A program made the position numbers and the translations under genes. A stretch of DNA of 64,000 bases from Pavona decussata. Taxonomy: Eukaryota. A model generated the notes under the pieces. It was given only the letters and a program-made list of their open reading frames with translations. It made no database searches and had not been told where the DNA came from. The stretch's first letter is position 1, and each line of letters begins with the position of its first letter. This document shows positions 24,148 through 38,300 of the stretch, piece after piece. Location of the stretch: assembly GCA_977016875.1 (NCBI GenBank), contig CDRNST010000226.1, positions 930,001 to 994,000 of the forward strand. Reading direction: 5' to 3'.

Positions 24148-27100
24148 TCAATCCTGAGGTAGAATATCCGCATGGCACATCGGACACTTGTCTTGGACAT
24201 ACAACCACTTTCTGAGGCACAGACTGTGGAAATAATGGTTGCATTTTGTTACTTTGGCACTATCCAGCTCTTCGTAACAAATGCAGCACACATCGTTCAA
24301 CCGCTCCAACTGTTCCTCTGTGGCCCACTGTAAGGAGTTGAGTCTTTTTACTGCACTGCGCCGTAATAGGAAATTGTTCCAGCCCTCCTGGGCTCTTTTG
24401 TACACATTGAAGTAAGCATGCATTGAAATAACCAAAGCACCTTTAGGAAGAAAGTGAAATCATTAGAAAATCTTTATTCTACATTGTACATCAACATGTA
24501 ATAGTGTAAATGTTGTAGGTTAAAATGAATCCAGGTTAAAATGATTTTAACCTAGGTTGATTTGTATTTTCCTTTGTTAAGGTTGGGTAATTTACATCTT
24601 AACCCTTTGACCCCTGAATTTTTTACTAAGTTTTGCTAAAAGTTGACATGGACAGAGAAAATGGCTAATAAAAGCTTAAGTTTTTATCCAAACCACACAT
24701 AACCATATATTTCTAGAAAGTAGATGAGATGAGCATTTTGAAAATGTAAACATTATGTTGTTAATTATTAACTAGTCTGGTTAGTCATTCAAAATGTCCG
24801 CCAAAAAAGAAAAAATATCACATTTGCTGTCATGGGTCCAAGTTTATTACCCTCCATACAAGCTACTGATGTTCAACTATCAGTATATCACTTGAATACT
24901 ATATAAGCTACAACAATCAGCAATCGTTTTCATTCTTGCATCACACTTCACCTGAAAACAGCTTGTCAAAAAATATAGTCGGACTGATATCGACCTCAAA
25001 GGCATGAGTCGGTCCATGGTTGGGGCCTGAAAATCGTGGTTACTCTGTATTGTATAAAAAATCCAAACCGCTCTGATTCAGGTTTACACTGTAGAGTCTT
25101 CCCTTCATTTCTACAGCGTTGTTGCCGAGATGGTTTCCATCTCGATGTTTGTCCATCACCATTTGCACATGCATGAGATGTTGCTCGCTTGATGCTTCGA
25201 CAATATTCACATTTTCGGTCTCTTCTGGGGAAGAATAATCGACGGTTTCGTACTCGAAACTGTACTCCTATGAAACATTGCTAATGTTGGGTCTTTCCAT
25301 CACAATTCGATCGCGGATGAATTTCCTCCATGTCTGAGTAGAGGGATGCCATTTTTAAATCACCAGATGACATCTGAAAACAATGCTTCGAAAAAAATTG
25401 AAAATTTCCCCCTGAAAACTAGAGAAATCTAGCTAAAATAGACGCCATTTTGAATCACGTTGTTTCTTGCAATAGTAGAGGAGGCCTGGGGCCTAGAAAG
25501 TGCCTTTGGCCACTTTTTTTAGAGCAAAATGTACACCATATATGAAAGCGCGCCTATAGGCGTCTTCAGGGGTCAAAGGGTTAAACAAAGGAAAACACAA
25601 ATCAACCTAGGTTGAAATCATTTTAACCTGGGATTCATTTTAACCTACAATATACGCTATGTACAGTGTAATTTTTTTGCGGGGTTTAAAATTTTTCAAA
25701 TTAGTCTAATGTTATTTCCTTTGCCTTGGACATATTACCATTATATGGAAGGATGGACAATAAAAATCAAACTGGATTAAAAAAAATTAAAACTTAAACT
25801 ACAATGTAAAACAGGTCAAGTGTTGAAAATCAGCTTCAATAAAAAAATAATATTCTTACCTATGTAGTTCCACTCTCCCATCACAGTGGCCCATGCAGTA
25901 TACCCCAGAACTACCACGGCAACAAGAAACTCAAAGACTTTTGAGCCTGCATTGATGTAATAAACATAGTCATCTAAATCCGTTACTTGAGATTCGGAAT
26001 GAACATTGGAAACAAACAGTGCATAAATGATAAGAGCACCCATGACTTGAACAATCGTAACAAGATTGCTTGATATGATCACAAACAGCCATGCATCAAA
26101 GCTGAATAACTGACACAGCACAACAATCATGTAACCGGGAAGTATCAGGATCAAAGCACAAACTGCTAGAGTGCGGAGATGCTTGCTGTCAAAAACACCA
26201 GTGTATGTTGCTCCCAGTGACATGAGTGCTGGCTCAGTAAGTTCATAAGCAGACTGCAGGAACAATGAGATTGTGACAAACATAATGAGACCAATAAGCA
26301 TGAGGCGCTCTGGTTTAGGCAAGCTTGTAAGTCCAACTTGTATGGCCAATAGGAAGAACGAAATGCTGTCATTCCATGCCTCCTGATGACGATCTTCCAT
26401 GGGCCTCTCAAGATCCCCTTTGAGAAGTTTATTTATGAAGTCCAAGGTGAGATTAGCAGCTGCTCCAATAACAATACTGGCTCCCGCTAAATCTAGGAGA
26501 TTGTCAAAACATTCCACCAGACTTCCAGCAATGGCAATCAAAAAACCATGCTTCAAAAACAAGGCAAACCTGCTGACAAATTTTATCAACCACGTTACCA
26601 TCAGCACATGGCCTAAGCTGATTCTCCTCCAGTGGTATATAAAGAGGTCCAGCCAGCCAAAGGTGATTACAGTCCTGCAAGCATGTTTCACCATCCCTGG
26701 GAAATCTTGAAGGAGTTGCAAAAGTCCCAGACACGCTTTGTACATCTGAACCACTGAAGCGAACACGAGGTAAACCAAACAGACCTCCCGTAAGATTGAC
26801 GTTGCTTTCACAAAGAGTAAAGCCATAAGCTGGAAAACAATTGGAAAAACAAAAAACATTCCAACAGTCTGCTTGGTATTGACAATGGTCCACGTGCGAG
26901 GCACTATGGCTATACTGACAGCTACAAAAACTTGTCCATACAAAAGTGAGTAGCCATAAGCGCCACCCGGGTTCGATGAACTTTCAAGGCTTGTGCTCTC
27001 AGCTGAACTTTCCTTCTTGGCATCAGATGGTGAATATGCGAAAATTGCAGCAAAGGCCATCAGTAGAACAACCTGTTCAATTAACCAAATAAAAAGCTTC

Positions 27101-28646
27101 TGGAGGTAACTGAGTTGTGTAAATACTCCAATAACACCAACTAGTCCAGTTAGTACAGCTGGAATAAAGACATCATTGAATAAATTATTTTCCAGACTAT
27201 AAAAACCAAATTTCTATAATTATCTATAACTATTCCTGTACAGCTAACCTCTTTTATACAATGAACAGTGTAGAACTCATATTTTGATTGGTGTAGCAGA
27301 GTTTCTGATTAGAGTATGGATGTAAGAATGACGTCCAGCCAGACAGTACTCAATCACAAATCGCAGTGAAGCGACTGACATGCTGTAATATTTTGGGGGT
27401 CAGAAATTCCTTCTGGAATAAAGGTTAGTTTTGAAAATATTGTTAGTGAAATTCTTTCAGGTCATACCCTAATTTATAGAATAACAATACTGCATGTGTG
27501 TAGTAGTCTAAAAGTTTGCTGGAAAGTTTTTCACTCAGCTCAGTCAACGTATTGCTTGCTCACGAAATGTGTTCAGATGTCTTGACTATTATATAAAACA
27601 AATAGAGTCCATTTGGCCGTGGGTCTGTACTCTAATAACGCACAGAGGATGTCAAAAGGAGTTTTAATAATAGAGATATTTAGAATTACGTTTCCGGCAA
27701 ATCGCAAATGGCAGAAATGACCACGTGACCATGTTTATCCTATATTTGCCGCTCGCTGTTTTCAGTTTATCAATAAAATTGAGTAGTTTTGCATTAGCAT
27801 CAAAGGTCACAATTATTTTGCTCTCTTCTCATATGTGTACTAATTTTTTCAAGAAAATATAAATGCGAATCTCACGTTTGCCATTTGCCGTAAACATGAT
27901 TCTAAATATTTCTAATATTAAAAAAAAGCCCATTAATTTGCAAAAACAGCTTATTGAATCCCTTTTGATGATCCTAAAGTATTATCAGTTGAGTTGGTTG
28001 AGAAGTGTTCTATACATAGCATAAATTTATATATGATGATAGCCAAAATTACATGACTTGCACTAGCTACACTGTAATAATATTGAACTTTTGGCCTGGC
28101 ATTTCAGAAAATACTCCTATAAAAAAAGAATTATGTGAGGAGAATAATTATTATTAGAGCAACTGTTTGATTAAATGTAGAAGCAGCAATTTCCAGCTGA
28201 CCTCTGGACCTCAAAGAAAAGATCTTGTCATGGTCCATTGTCCAGGTGGGAAATTCATTCAAAGCAGTTTATCAGAAACAATACATGAACATGTAAAGCT
28301 TACAAACAAGCGTAAACGCAAAGTGCGGCAGAAAACTATCCACATTATAAGCCTGCGTCATGCAACAGTTAACGGAACAAGGAAAAATGATAGTTTTAAC
28401 GGTAAATTGTGTCCACGGCGAAAAGTTATCAAAACGAAAAGTAGTCCACGCATCGTCCACGCAATCTGTAGATAAGTTTTTTTACCTACCAGCTATCTCA
28501 TACCAAGTTTTCGTCTCTTCGTCAGATCCCTTCACGTTCTTGTCAAAATATGCTGCCAGATGCAGAAGGAAGCAGAATGGTACTCTTAAAATGACATTTT
28601 CATTTCTAAAATAAAACGCCTTGACTTCCGCCCATTCAAACTCCAT
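24148..28646 (-). CDS. RNF139: TRC8/RNF139 (RNF145 family) ER-membrane RING-H2 E3 ubiquitin ligase
   Basis: Three exons: 28646-28490 (MEFEWAEV...ILRVPFCFLL; LRVP is the TRC8 N-terminal motif), 27158-25860 (multi-TM, ...DLDDYVYYIN...) and 24440-24148 (HAYFNVY...CCICYEELDSAKVTKCNHYFHSLCLRKWLYVQDKCPMCH). Both introns are phase 1. The RING sequence is closer to RNF139 than to RNF145 by recollection. Confidence 0.88.
24513..25650. mobile_element. Palindromic MITE interrupted by the piggyBac-type element
   Basis: ~65-bp inverted arms ttgtaggttaaaatgaatccaggttaaaatgat... / ...atcattttaacctgggattcattttaacctacaa. Confidence 0.75.
24603..25580. mobile_element. Non-autonomous piggyBac-type element (~980 bp) in RNF139 intron 2
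   Basis: Perfect 16-bp TIRs CCCTTTGACCCCTGAA / TTCAGGGGTCAAAGGG, with TTAA on both sides. Confidence 0.85.
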
Positions 28647-29115
28647 GATCTTTGCACGTTCTGTTTGAAATTGTTTGAAATCACAAGACGAGATTGGTCT
28701 CCTTCCCCTTCATGCCGAAATGTCAGCGGTTGCGCAAGTTTGGAAATCTACTCTCTAGGGAGGGGTACTTAGCGTAAGTTATTTTCCTGAATATCAGTGC
28801 CTTCAATGTGACATTTTAACACTATTCATTTCAAAGGAGCCATAATAAATATAATTATGTTCTTCTTCGGGCATTATAACAAATATTTTGCAACATAAAA
28901 CTATGTCCTCTCATTGGCATTTTATACTATCGCTGGCCTCCCTTCCCTAACAATAATTCATCATTATCTTGTTTTTCTACGATCCAGTCCTCCAGCGTAT
29001 TTTCATCAATATGGCGGCCGTCACGAGATTCCGAAGCATTCAAAGATTTTGAATCGCCTGCAGCACAAATATGTCTAATTTTATCAGTTTAATAGAAGGA
29101 AAAACATAGATAAAG
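28647..29115. promoter_or_regulatory. Putative bidirectional promoter and 5' UTRs between RNF139 and AP5B1
   Basis: Divergent start codons ~470 bp apart. A YY1-like AATATGGCGGC motif lies at ~29008-29018. Confidence 0.6.
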
Positions 29116-29338
29116 ATGACTTCAGTGGTGAGCAATTGGACCAAGAACGTGGAAGAATTCCGTCGTTCTCCGGAGTCCTTCCTTGCTGCAAGAAACATCA
29201 CCGCGCACAGTTTTGTTTTAGACATTCTTGAGGTAAACTAAGGACGGTGCCTACTAATACCGAAGTATTTTTGCGTGTTTTATGACTATGTGGGAAAAGA
29301 AGATCTTAGCAAGGGCTATTGGAATCCAAAAAGAAAAT

Positions 29339-29369
<31 letters not shown>

Positions 29370-32300
29370 TCCGAAAGCTCTTGCTAAGTTCTGCTTTCTC
29401 CACATAATTTTTAACCGCGCAAAAGTATCTCTGTATTAGTAGGCACCACTGATAAGAAACCCGAGTATCTCAAGATGCGCAGAACATATGCACAGTAACA
29501 AAAGTAGACACCATCCTTAACTGAGATAAAATCGGGAAATATCTCCCCACAACCTTATAAGCAGCAGGGGTATTTTGCAGAACACCCAATGCATAGAAGT
29601 CCTGTAGAAGTCCTATGTCATATGTCTGCCATGACAACAACTAAAAGTTAACCATCAGTATATACCCTAAACAGTATGGAAGTGCTCTTAGACCTAAATA
29701 ATATAATTTGTTGCTTAACCCTAAACAGTTATAGGTGGCGTAAAATGAGATGTTCGGCATTCTGCAAAATACCCCTCCGCCTTTTAAGTCAATAGTGCAC
29801 GCATTTCTCTCATACTATCCTCATAAACAAACAGTGATCAGAAAAAGAGTTTGAGTTAGAAAATGCCAACAGATGCACAAAGATAAATGTACATGGAACA
29901 CTTGCCAAATTCAATTCTTGGACCCATATTATCTGGCTATCTCAAATTCCCATCTCCTGGAACAATTTTTCCCCAACAATTTGTTCAAGATAGGAAGGGG
30001 ATTGGGGAGGGGGGTCTACTTTACATCCTTCTCACTCCCTGCATGTTGACCCCTGTGATCTGTAGATGGACAAAGTTTGATTCCAGTCTATTGAATTTGT
30101 GGCATTGCATGTTCCTGGTGCCGGCCAAAACATTTATCCCCTAGGATAAGTTTCCCTCACCAGTAACAAGAGCCAAAAGTTAGCAATTAAATTTCATAAA
30201 CGAAAAATGTACATATACAATGCTTCGTGCATTGTTAAATGCAATCTATATCTAATTATCTTTGTCAGGTTTTTTGTCATGAAAATCTCCCTGAGAATTT
30301 GAAGCTTCAGTTGTTCTTTCTGCTTCAAGAAAAGGTATGAACTGCAAAATAATTATGACTGCATGGGAATACATGTACTCACTGGCTCAGTTTCATTTTT
30401 ATGTAAATTATTATTTGTCTTTTAATAGTTAATGATAATGTTGATGATGGTCATGATAATGGTGATGACGAAGATGACGATGCCTTTGATAATAATAGAC
30501 CTTACTCACAATATGCTAATTGCCCATTACAAACCACGTGATGTTCTCAGGAGAATCGATCCTTTGTCTTTCTGGAAATAAAGAATACATGCTAGCATGA
30601 ATGTGACCAATTCTGAAAGAGACTACTCCCTAGAGACCTGTCACATGATCTGTAAATGGGGCGACAAAACAACAAAGCAAATAAAGGTCTTTTATCCAGG
30701 GAGAGCAATAGCCAAGGCAGTTTTCACTGGTATTCTTGAATAATGGATGTCTTTCAAGAGCGTGTGTTTTAAATAATTGTATTAAACTTTGCTTGGTATC
30801 TGTTTGCAGACTTCAAGTCTTTTTCTTGAATCAACAAGGTACTGATAATTTACCATACAGCCATACATGTATAATTTTTTACCTAGTATTTTCATGCATG
30901 CTTTTCTTCTTCCACCAAAAGGCATGTACCCCTAAGATGGAGGTCTTTCCACTGATCTTTATGCCAAAAAAATGCACCACCAAGCTTTGCCTGTGGTTCT
31001 CAAACTCATTAAAATTCATGAAAAGACAACAAGGGAAATTCATAAAATGAAGGAGCTTTGGAAATACAATCTTAATTACTGGTGTCATAAAATTTAGTCC
31101 ACTTTTGCTTTGAATTTATCCAAGAATTATTAATGGTTTGAGAAGTCATATCAAATGCTCGAAAGCATGTTTCATCCATTTTTCAAACATCTCAGAGTTG
31201 GTTAACAAAAACACTTAGGTGTCCGTCGTTTTTCAACCCACTTCTCAGTGTTTGGAAAATGAGTGAAACACTCTTTCTTGTGTTTGATGTATGACATCTA
31301 CAACTATGCACACTATTTTTATTAAGAGTCCACACAAAAGAAGACTCTTTGTAGATCATCTTGGATTTTCTTAGCATAATTTATTGAAAACCAGGTTTTA
31401 AATAAATAAATAATTAAAATTTAATACTTAATAAAGTGCAAAATTCATTATATGTATATGATCTAATGCGCTTTACAATAAGTTAACAAATATCCAAAAG
31501 AAACTGCAGGGAATATGATAGTTAAAACTACAAAATGGAACAAAATTATATTTAACAATAAATTAAAAAGCAATAAAAAATCTATACATATGGTACATAG
31601 TCTAAAAAGTCTTCGTACGCAATTAATAGTATGCTTGTTTAAAAATATACTTTTTCAGTTGTTTCTTAAAAATATTTACACTTGTCTACTTACAGCCCTT
31701 AAAGGCTTTCCGGAAGAGAGTTCCATAAGAATGGGGCAGCTACCGAAGAAGCTCTGTCCCCAGTGGTCTTGGCAGATCTAATTGCCGGGCGAGCTAATAA
31801 ATTACTAAAATATTTTGATCTTAAATTAGAATTACCTTTGAATGATATATTATTACTAAGATATGCTGGCGCTAGGCCATGGAGAGCTTTAAAAGTCATC
31901 AAATTTACCTTAAAAATAATTCTAAATTTAACTGGCAACCACTGGAGATTAATCATCACAGGTGTAATGTGCGAATAACGCGGTGTATTGGTCAGTAACC
32001 TGGCGGCAGCGTTTTATGCAAATTACACACCGTTTTTTTCAATATTCTTTACCTAATTTTTTGCACTGGTATATCTTGTGGTTTAGATTTGTTTTTGGTT
32101 TAAAAGTTATCTTATTTATTTTCTCTAAAATTACAGTGTAGAATGTGCAGTTGGCTCACTGAAGGAAATGTTTACTCATCCTTTAAAAAACATGCGTGAA
32201 GTTTATCAAGGCCAGGTAGGTGGCAGTTTTATTATAAATCCAACCCAAAATTATACCTCATCCCAATAATGTTAAATCTTAATATTGACTGACGATCAGT

Positions 32301-35300
32301 ATAAGCTGCAAAAATAATTACCGTTGATTGATTTTTCTAATGATTTTATTATTAGTGGGGTTGCATTGTATTTATAAAAAAAGTCTTACAACATAATTGT
32401 AAAACGCAGTTAATGGAGCGTGACACTCTTGAGCTCAGTTGTTACTGTGTCAACAGTTAGCATTACGTGATGCAAATTGGTCATGGATGTAATTTTACTC
32501 TTCTTGTACAATACCTATTCTTCTACTTTTGTAGCATGTTGCAATACCGTCTGTTACATTTACAGTAATTTCAACTAACGTTGTCGGTTCAAAGCATGAA
32601 GCTAAAAGACAAGACCGAAAGTTTACGTGGGATTTTTATGAATAAAATTAAATTCATCAAAATCAGTTATGCCTGGAGAAAACAATAGGTTGTAATTAGC
32701 AGTACAATGACCTGCACGTGCAGGGATAATTTTGGTGAAATTATTCATAAAAAATAATTCCACAAAACATTGCGGTCTTGTCTTTTAGCTTGATTTTAAT
32801 TCGACAACGTTAATTGAAATAGCTGTATATCCTTCGTTTTGTATGGCTAAAAGGTATAAATACTTCTATTCATGTCTCATTCAGCGCTATGTGAATCTCT
32901 TGTATTCGATAGTACTTTACTTGCCATTGGCTTAGTCCAAGACATATGTCTAACTATAAATGGTCTAGTAAAAGTCCGAGTATCACTCACTTGCTGTATT
33001 ACCTACTGTAAGGTCTACCTTTAGTGTTTGTCTGTTGAGATCTCTACTTAACTTTATGGTAATAGGAACTGCGACATTAATTGTAATTAAATTGTATTGT
33101 AATTTATATTAATTTTATTCAATGGTTTTGAGACAGTTTGCTTGAGGATTAAGTAGGTATGGTTGCAGAACTTAATTCCATGAAACTTAAGAACTGTGTA
33201 TAGTACCATGAGTTCATGTATTTTAGTATAATTTACTTTTGTGATTATAGTGCAGTAGTACAGTGGTTTTTTAATAAATATTTTAATTTTTAATGCAAAG
33301 TACAAACATTTACTGTATTTTGTAATAATTTAGTATAAGTTATCAACCAATACTATCAACGATTTATGAATATTAAATACAGTTAGCTGTACAGTTGTTA
33401 GTAATTATTACAATATGTGCAGTAAAATGACATATTTAAACAGTAAGTAATAAATAATTATTATGAAAATAATTTGATTTTATTTCCCTTTGTAGGCATC
33501 CAATGTCTTTGTTCAGAAAAATATTCCAAGGTAAATTAGACATCATTAAGATACAATTTCACCTGGGAGTCCGAAACCTCAGAGCCAGTTGGTGGGAGGC
33601 GAGTGCTCTCACCACTGTCCCATCCCATCATTGTAATTGTTGTGGCAAATGCGTTAAACTAAACTAAACTAATACATACGTACATAATTTATTTGATATA
33701 GCAGGTTATAATAAGGCAACTAATCAAAGCTGATGTGGACCTGCTAATTATCAAATGAAATCAGATACGATATAAGATAAAATAGATATTAAGAATTTCA
33801 CAACAATGAATAAAACCTAACTATACACATTAATAAATTGTTCAAAATGTACAGAACTGGTCCTGTAAATCCCTGCTCCCCCTTTCACCCAAATTTTGTG
33901 TTTCACTTTCCCACTGTAACTCAACCACAGTTTCTTTATTCCCTTTGTCTATAACTACACATGTTGTGTCTTAATTTCAGAGTGGAACAAACTGTCAGCG
34001 CTAGGAAGGATGTTTTGGCCAATTTGTCTGGACCGTCCTCACAAATTTTCCTCAGTCAGGTACCTACATGTACAACCAATCTTAAACTGTTTCTGTTATA
34101 GTGATATTATTTTCCTCAGAAAATGTAAAATTAATTTGATTTTTTCCATAGATTTTGGTAACAGGAACTGTCATCCTAATTTCTTCAGAAACAGTGGTAT
34201 GTCAAGCTACAAACTTATTGTAGAACAAAGGAAACTTGAGTTAAAGACTATTTAAATTGGTGTCACAGATACTAATTGTTCTCTGTTTAATTACTTAATC
34301 GTTTTAGGTAAGCTACATTTATGGAATTGCCGTAGGAATAATAGTCTTCCTTTTTTCCCTTCGTATAAGGAACTAGTTAAAAGAAAATATGAAACTGAAT
34401 GTCACATTGTGGCGAAGTTTAATAATAGGAAGATGCTAGAGGCTAAATGGAAACCCATTTTGAAATATAATTTAATAGGTACATAGGTGTGTAAGCGAAA
34501 AAAACCTGTAAAAAGTAGTGTAAGAGTTGCAGTCTAAGGAAGTATTATATAGTTGGTAGTATTAAGTAATGTCTTGTAGGTGGTATTGTAAGTAGTGTTC
34601 GTCTTGTTTTGTAAAGTAGTGTTCTTCGTGTTGCAATTTAAAAAAAAAAAAGGAAAAAAAAACTTATTATAATATTATTTAATAAAAGCTTAAGTACTGT
34701 ATTTCTTGGGTTAACTGTTTTAAGGGATTTAAAGGCAGAAGAAGAGGTGGAAATTAAAAGCACTGCATGTTGTAAAATGCTGATTTTTGCTGGAAACTAG
34801 TCTGCTTGAAAACTCAAACCCTATTTTTTGCAGATCACTCATGAATGGCTTCATTTGTAATGTTGGTGTTGGGTTTGCTTAGGGTTTTTCTGCTGATCAT
34901 TTTCAATTTCACTCTTATTTTGATGGTGGCTTCTGTTCTTTTCTGCCCTGCTCTTCTCAATTGTCATTGCACTGTTTTTGTTACTATTCAATTTTGTTTT
35001 ACAGATAGCAAATCAAGAAGTTTTTGTGGATTTTGTTGGAGTTCTTACAGATGTTATAGAAATGGTGAGTTAAGTACTGCTAATTACACATTTTGGATTT
35101 TTTCCAGTGTTGCTGAACACATGTTTGTTTGCAACCTTGATGCGCTTTGATGCACATTCCTTTGGGTTCATCTGTTTGACAATTTGCAATAATATTTATT
35201 ATTATGGTTTCCACAACACCAAGAACGTTTGCCATATAGGCACTTTATCCTTGAATTATGACTGTCAAGCTATTGAAATTTTAGTTAATGAGCTGTTGAC

Positions 35301-38300
35301 ACAGTTGGAAAAGGAAAAAAAATGAGCTGCATGTACATTGTAACCAGTAGATTTGAAGCTATAATTTAAACAGTTTTCCTGGAAAAGGTAGAGGAAAAAC
35401 TGGTGACTGAACTAATTCCTAGATCGAGAGAGGAAAACTACTCTGTTGACTAATTACTAGTTTTTTATCCATTAATTAACAAGTGTCTGTTTTGAATACA
35501 AATTAAAATACTTGCTCTCCACTAGTAACTACAAAACTAATCAAGGCTCTTTCTGTGTGCAGGTAAATAATCCCTGCAACTTGCTGGTGAGAAAGACTGC
35601 ATGTGAATGCCTTTGGGAATTAGAGATGTCATATCCGGTAAGGCAGGGGTCACACAACCATGTCTGCTTATTGCTGCTCGAGGCTAATAGATTATTGTAC
35701 TCTTGGGAAAATATTATTGCTTTTAAGTATCATTGTGTACCCAGTTTTTGAGTTTTTCATTATTTTTTTGAATTCTTAACTGTGAAAACAATGTAACTGT
35801 TATTTTTATTGCCAGTGAAAGTTGCATCAATTCATATACATGTATAAGTAACAAATTGACATTTAAGTTTTTCCGCTATGGTCTATACTCTTATAGATCA
35901 TAAAATGATGTCATAAAATGTTCAATATAATCAAGTGGAACCATGAGCTGTAGCTGGGGTTTCACTGCCAAGTTTTGAACATTTTATGGCATCATTTTAT
36001 TGTCTATAAGTCAGAGTATAGACCATAGAAAACTGCCATTGATTTTTTTTTATATTAATAATAACTAATAACTTTTTGTCATGTGCACAAATTAGTTAGC
36101 TGAATCAGTGAGATCCATATGTTAGCCTTTAGCATATAATTATGGAGGCTATCTGGGAATTAATTATAATAGTTTTTTTTATCAGTTATTGTTGTTTACA
36201 ATTTTTTTTTTCAAAGATCCCCAAAATAAAATTTGTAATTGATGTTGGTTTAACAGTTTTGTATAGGGTTCATTTTTCTCATTCATTGTAAATGTCATTA
36301 AAAGCCAATAATTGAAATGTCTTTCTTTTAAATAATTAAGGGCCTTCTCCATGCTAAGCTGGATCACCTCTATGCTAAATGTGCTGCTGAGAATAGCCCC
36401 ATCTTTCAGAGCTACATGGTAAGGACGTTGCAGCTGAAAAGAATTTCTGAAGCTAATAGTTTGGGTTGTGGGGGTTAATGAAGCTCTCACACCAAACTTG
36501 AAAATAGGCAGCTGAGGGCTGAATGAGGGCTCCATGAGATGGCTCTATGAATCAATCAGTGGCCAACCCCACAAACTCTAACTTGACCATGGCCAAACCA
36601 TGGCAGGGCTCGTGGCTGGGGTGCGGGTAGAGCAGGTTATTGGGGGGTGTTCTACCACCTTGGGGTTGGGTTTGTGGTTTCAGCTCCTAGGCTATTGGGC
36701 ATTCAACCTCCACTTGCAACATAGGTGTTAAAATATGATGGCATTGCATGTGCCTTTATCCATTGTGCAACAACACACTAAATTTAATTTGGATGCAAAA
36801 CTGTTGATTGGCCTCACCATGATTCAAAGCAGATGAGTAGGTACTATGTTTATGCACATACAGGTACAGTGTGTATGTACAGTGTACATGGTGTGACCAA
36901 TTGCAAAGTAATTTGCACGGCTTACTTCTTTCCTAAGTTTGGTGGGCATGATTTGGTTGTAGTTCACTGAACCAATAACCACCATGAGTACCAGCAAACT
37001 GTTAGTTCTAAAAACTGGCCTAGAAAAATGCTTCGGGTGACCTTGTGATAGAATACATGTGTGAGGCGCTTATTATCCTGAACCTAAAATGGCACTGATT
37101 TAATGATTTCAAATAAAATTGTTGCTTTAGGTTTTGTTTGTGACAGTCCTGCGTCATGCCATGGAATGCTTGTTACAGGAGTCTGCTGATAAGTGAGAAA
37201 TATATATTAATATTAAGATAAAATGTGTATGGTTGCATACATTTTTTTTTTACATTATGGTTTAATTTTTCTTTTCAGTTGGTTTGTTTCTTTTCAAAAC
37301 CAGTTTTGCTAATTGGTTTTTGGAAACTCAGATTCTAATTAAAAATTAAGAAAAGAGACAACAATTTAAGCTTGCTTTAGTTAATAATTATTTTAATTAA
37401 CTTTTATTGTCCTTGGAGGGCATCCTTCAGTTGACCCATTACCTTTGTCTGTGGGTCTCTTCATAACCCATGTCTGAACTTATTTGTTGTTGTTTCTGAG
37501 TGTCTATCTTTAATTTATTTTCCTTCTTTGTAACAAATAATTCACTGCTTTTCAAAATCTCTGATTCATTTGATCATTTATTCATTCACTCACTCACTCA
37601 TTTGCTCACTTGCTTACAGCTGTACATGTACTTACACAGTCTGTACTCATTCAGCCATTAATTCATCCACAGATTGTAATTACACACTGTACCTGAGGTC
37701 AGTTTTGCAGGCAGCGGTCCACTTTTTTATTTATAATGCACATGTATTTGTTTATCTATTTTAAGTTTTTGTCAATATTATGACATTTATTTTAATTGTG
37801 TGTTCTTGGTTTTGTGCATGAATACCCAATTTCATTCTTTTTTTTTTTTCCAATCATTTTATTTTTTCAATTTTCAACTGTCTCTCAGGTTGGATGACAA
37901 CTGTGTGAATAACTTACTCACAAGTCGCACAGAGCCCTTGAAGGTAGAAAAGATCTCTTGCATGGGGAGATTGTATGGCATTAAAATTTAATCTTTCATG
38001 TACTCTATGTTTCTTGTTTTGGGAGAGTCTTGTTGATTTATTTTTAGTGAGTTCAAATAGAGCTAGTCAGCAATGATTATCATAATCATGGTATCATAAT
38101 CTTATGATAAGACTACAAATTTTGTTGTTTTTATTTTTTTGTTAGCCATTGTACCTACCGAAAGAGGCCACAAAGCAATTTCTACCAGTCACCATTCAGG
38201 TGAGATGTTACTGGAATACGATCATATTATTATTATTATCTCATTCTTGCACTTAATATAAAATAATAAAAACAATTTTCTTTGCAACTGTTTTAGTCTT

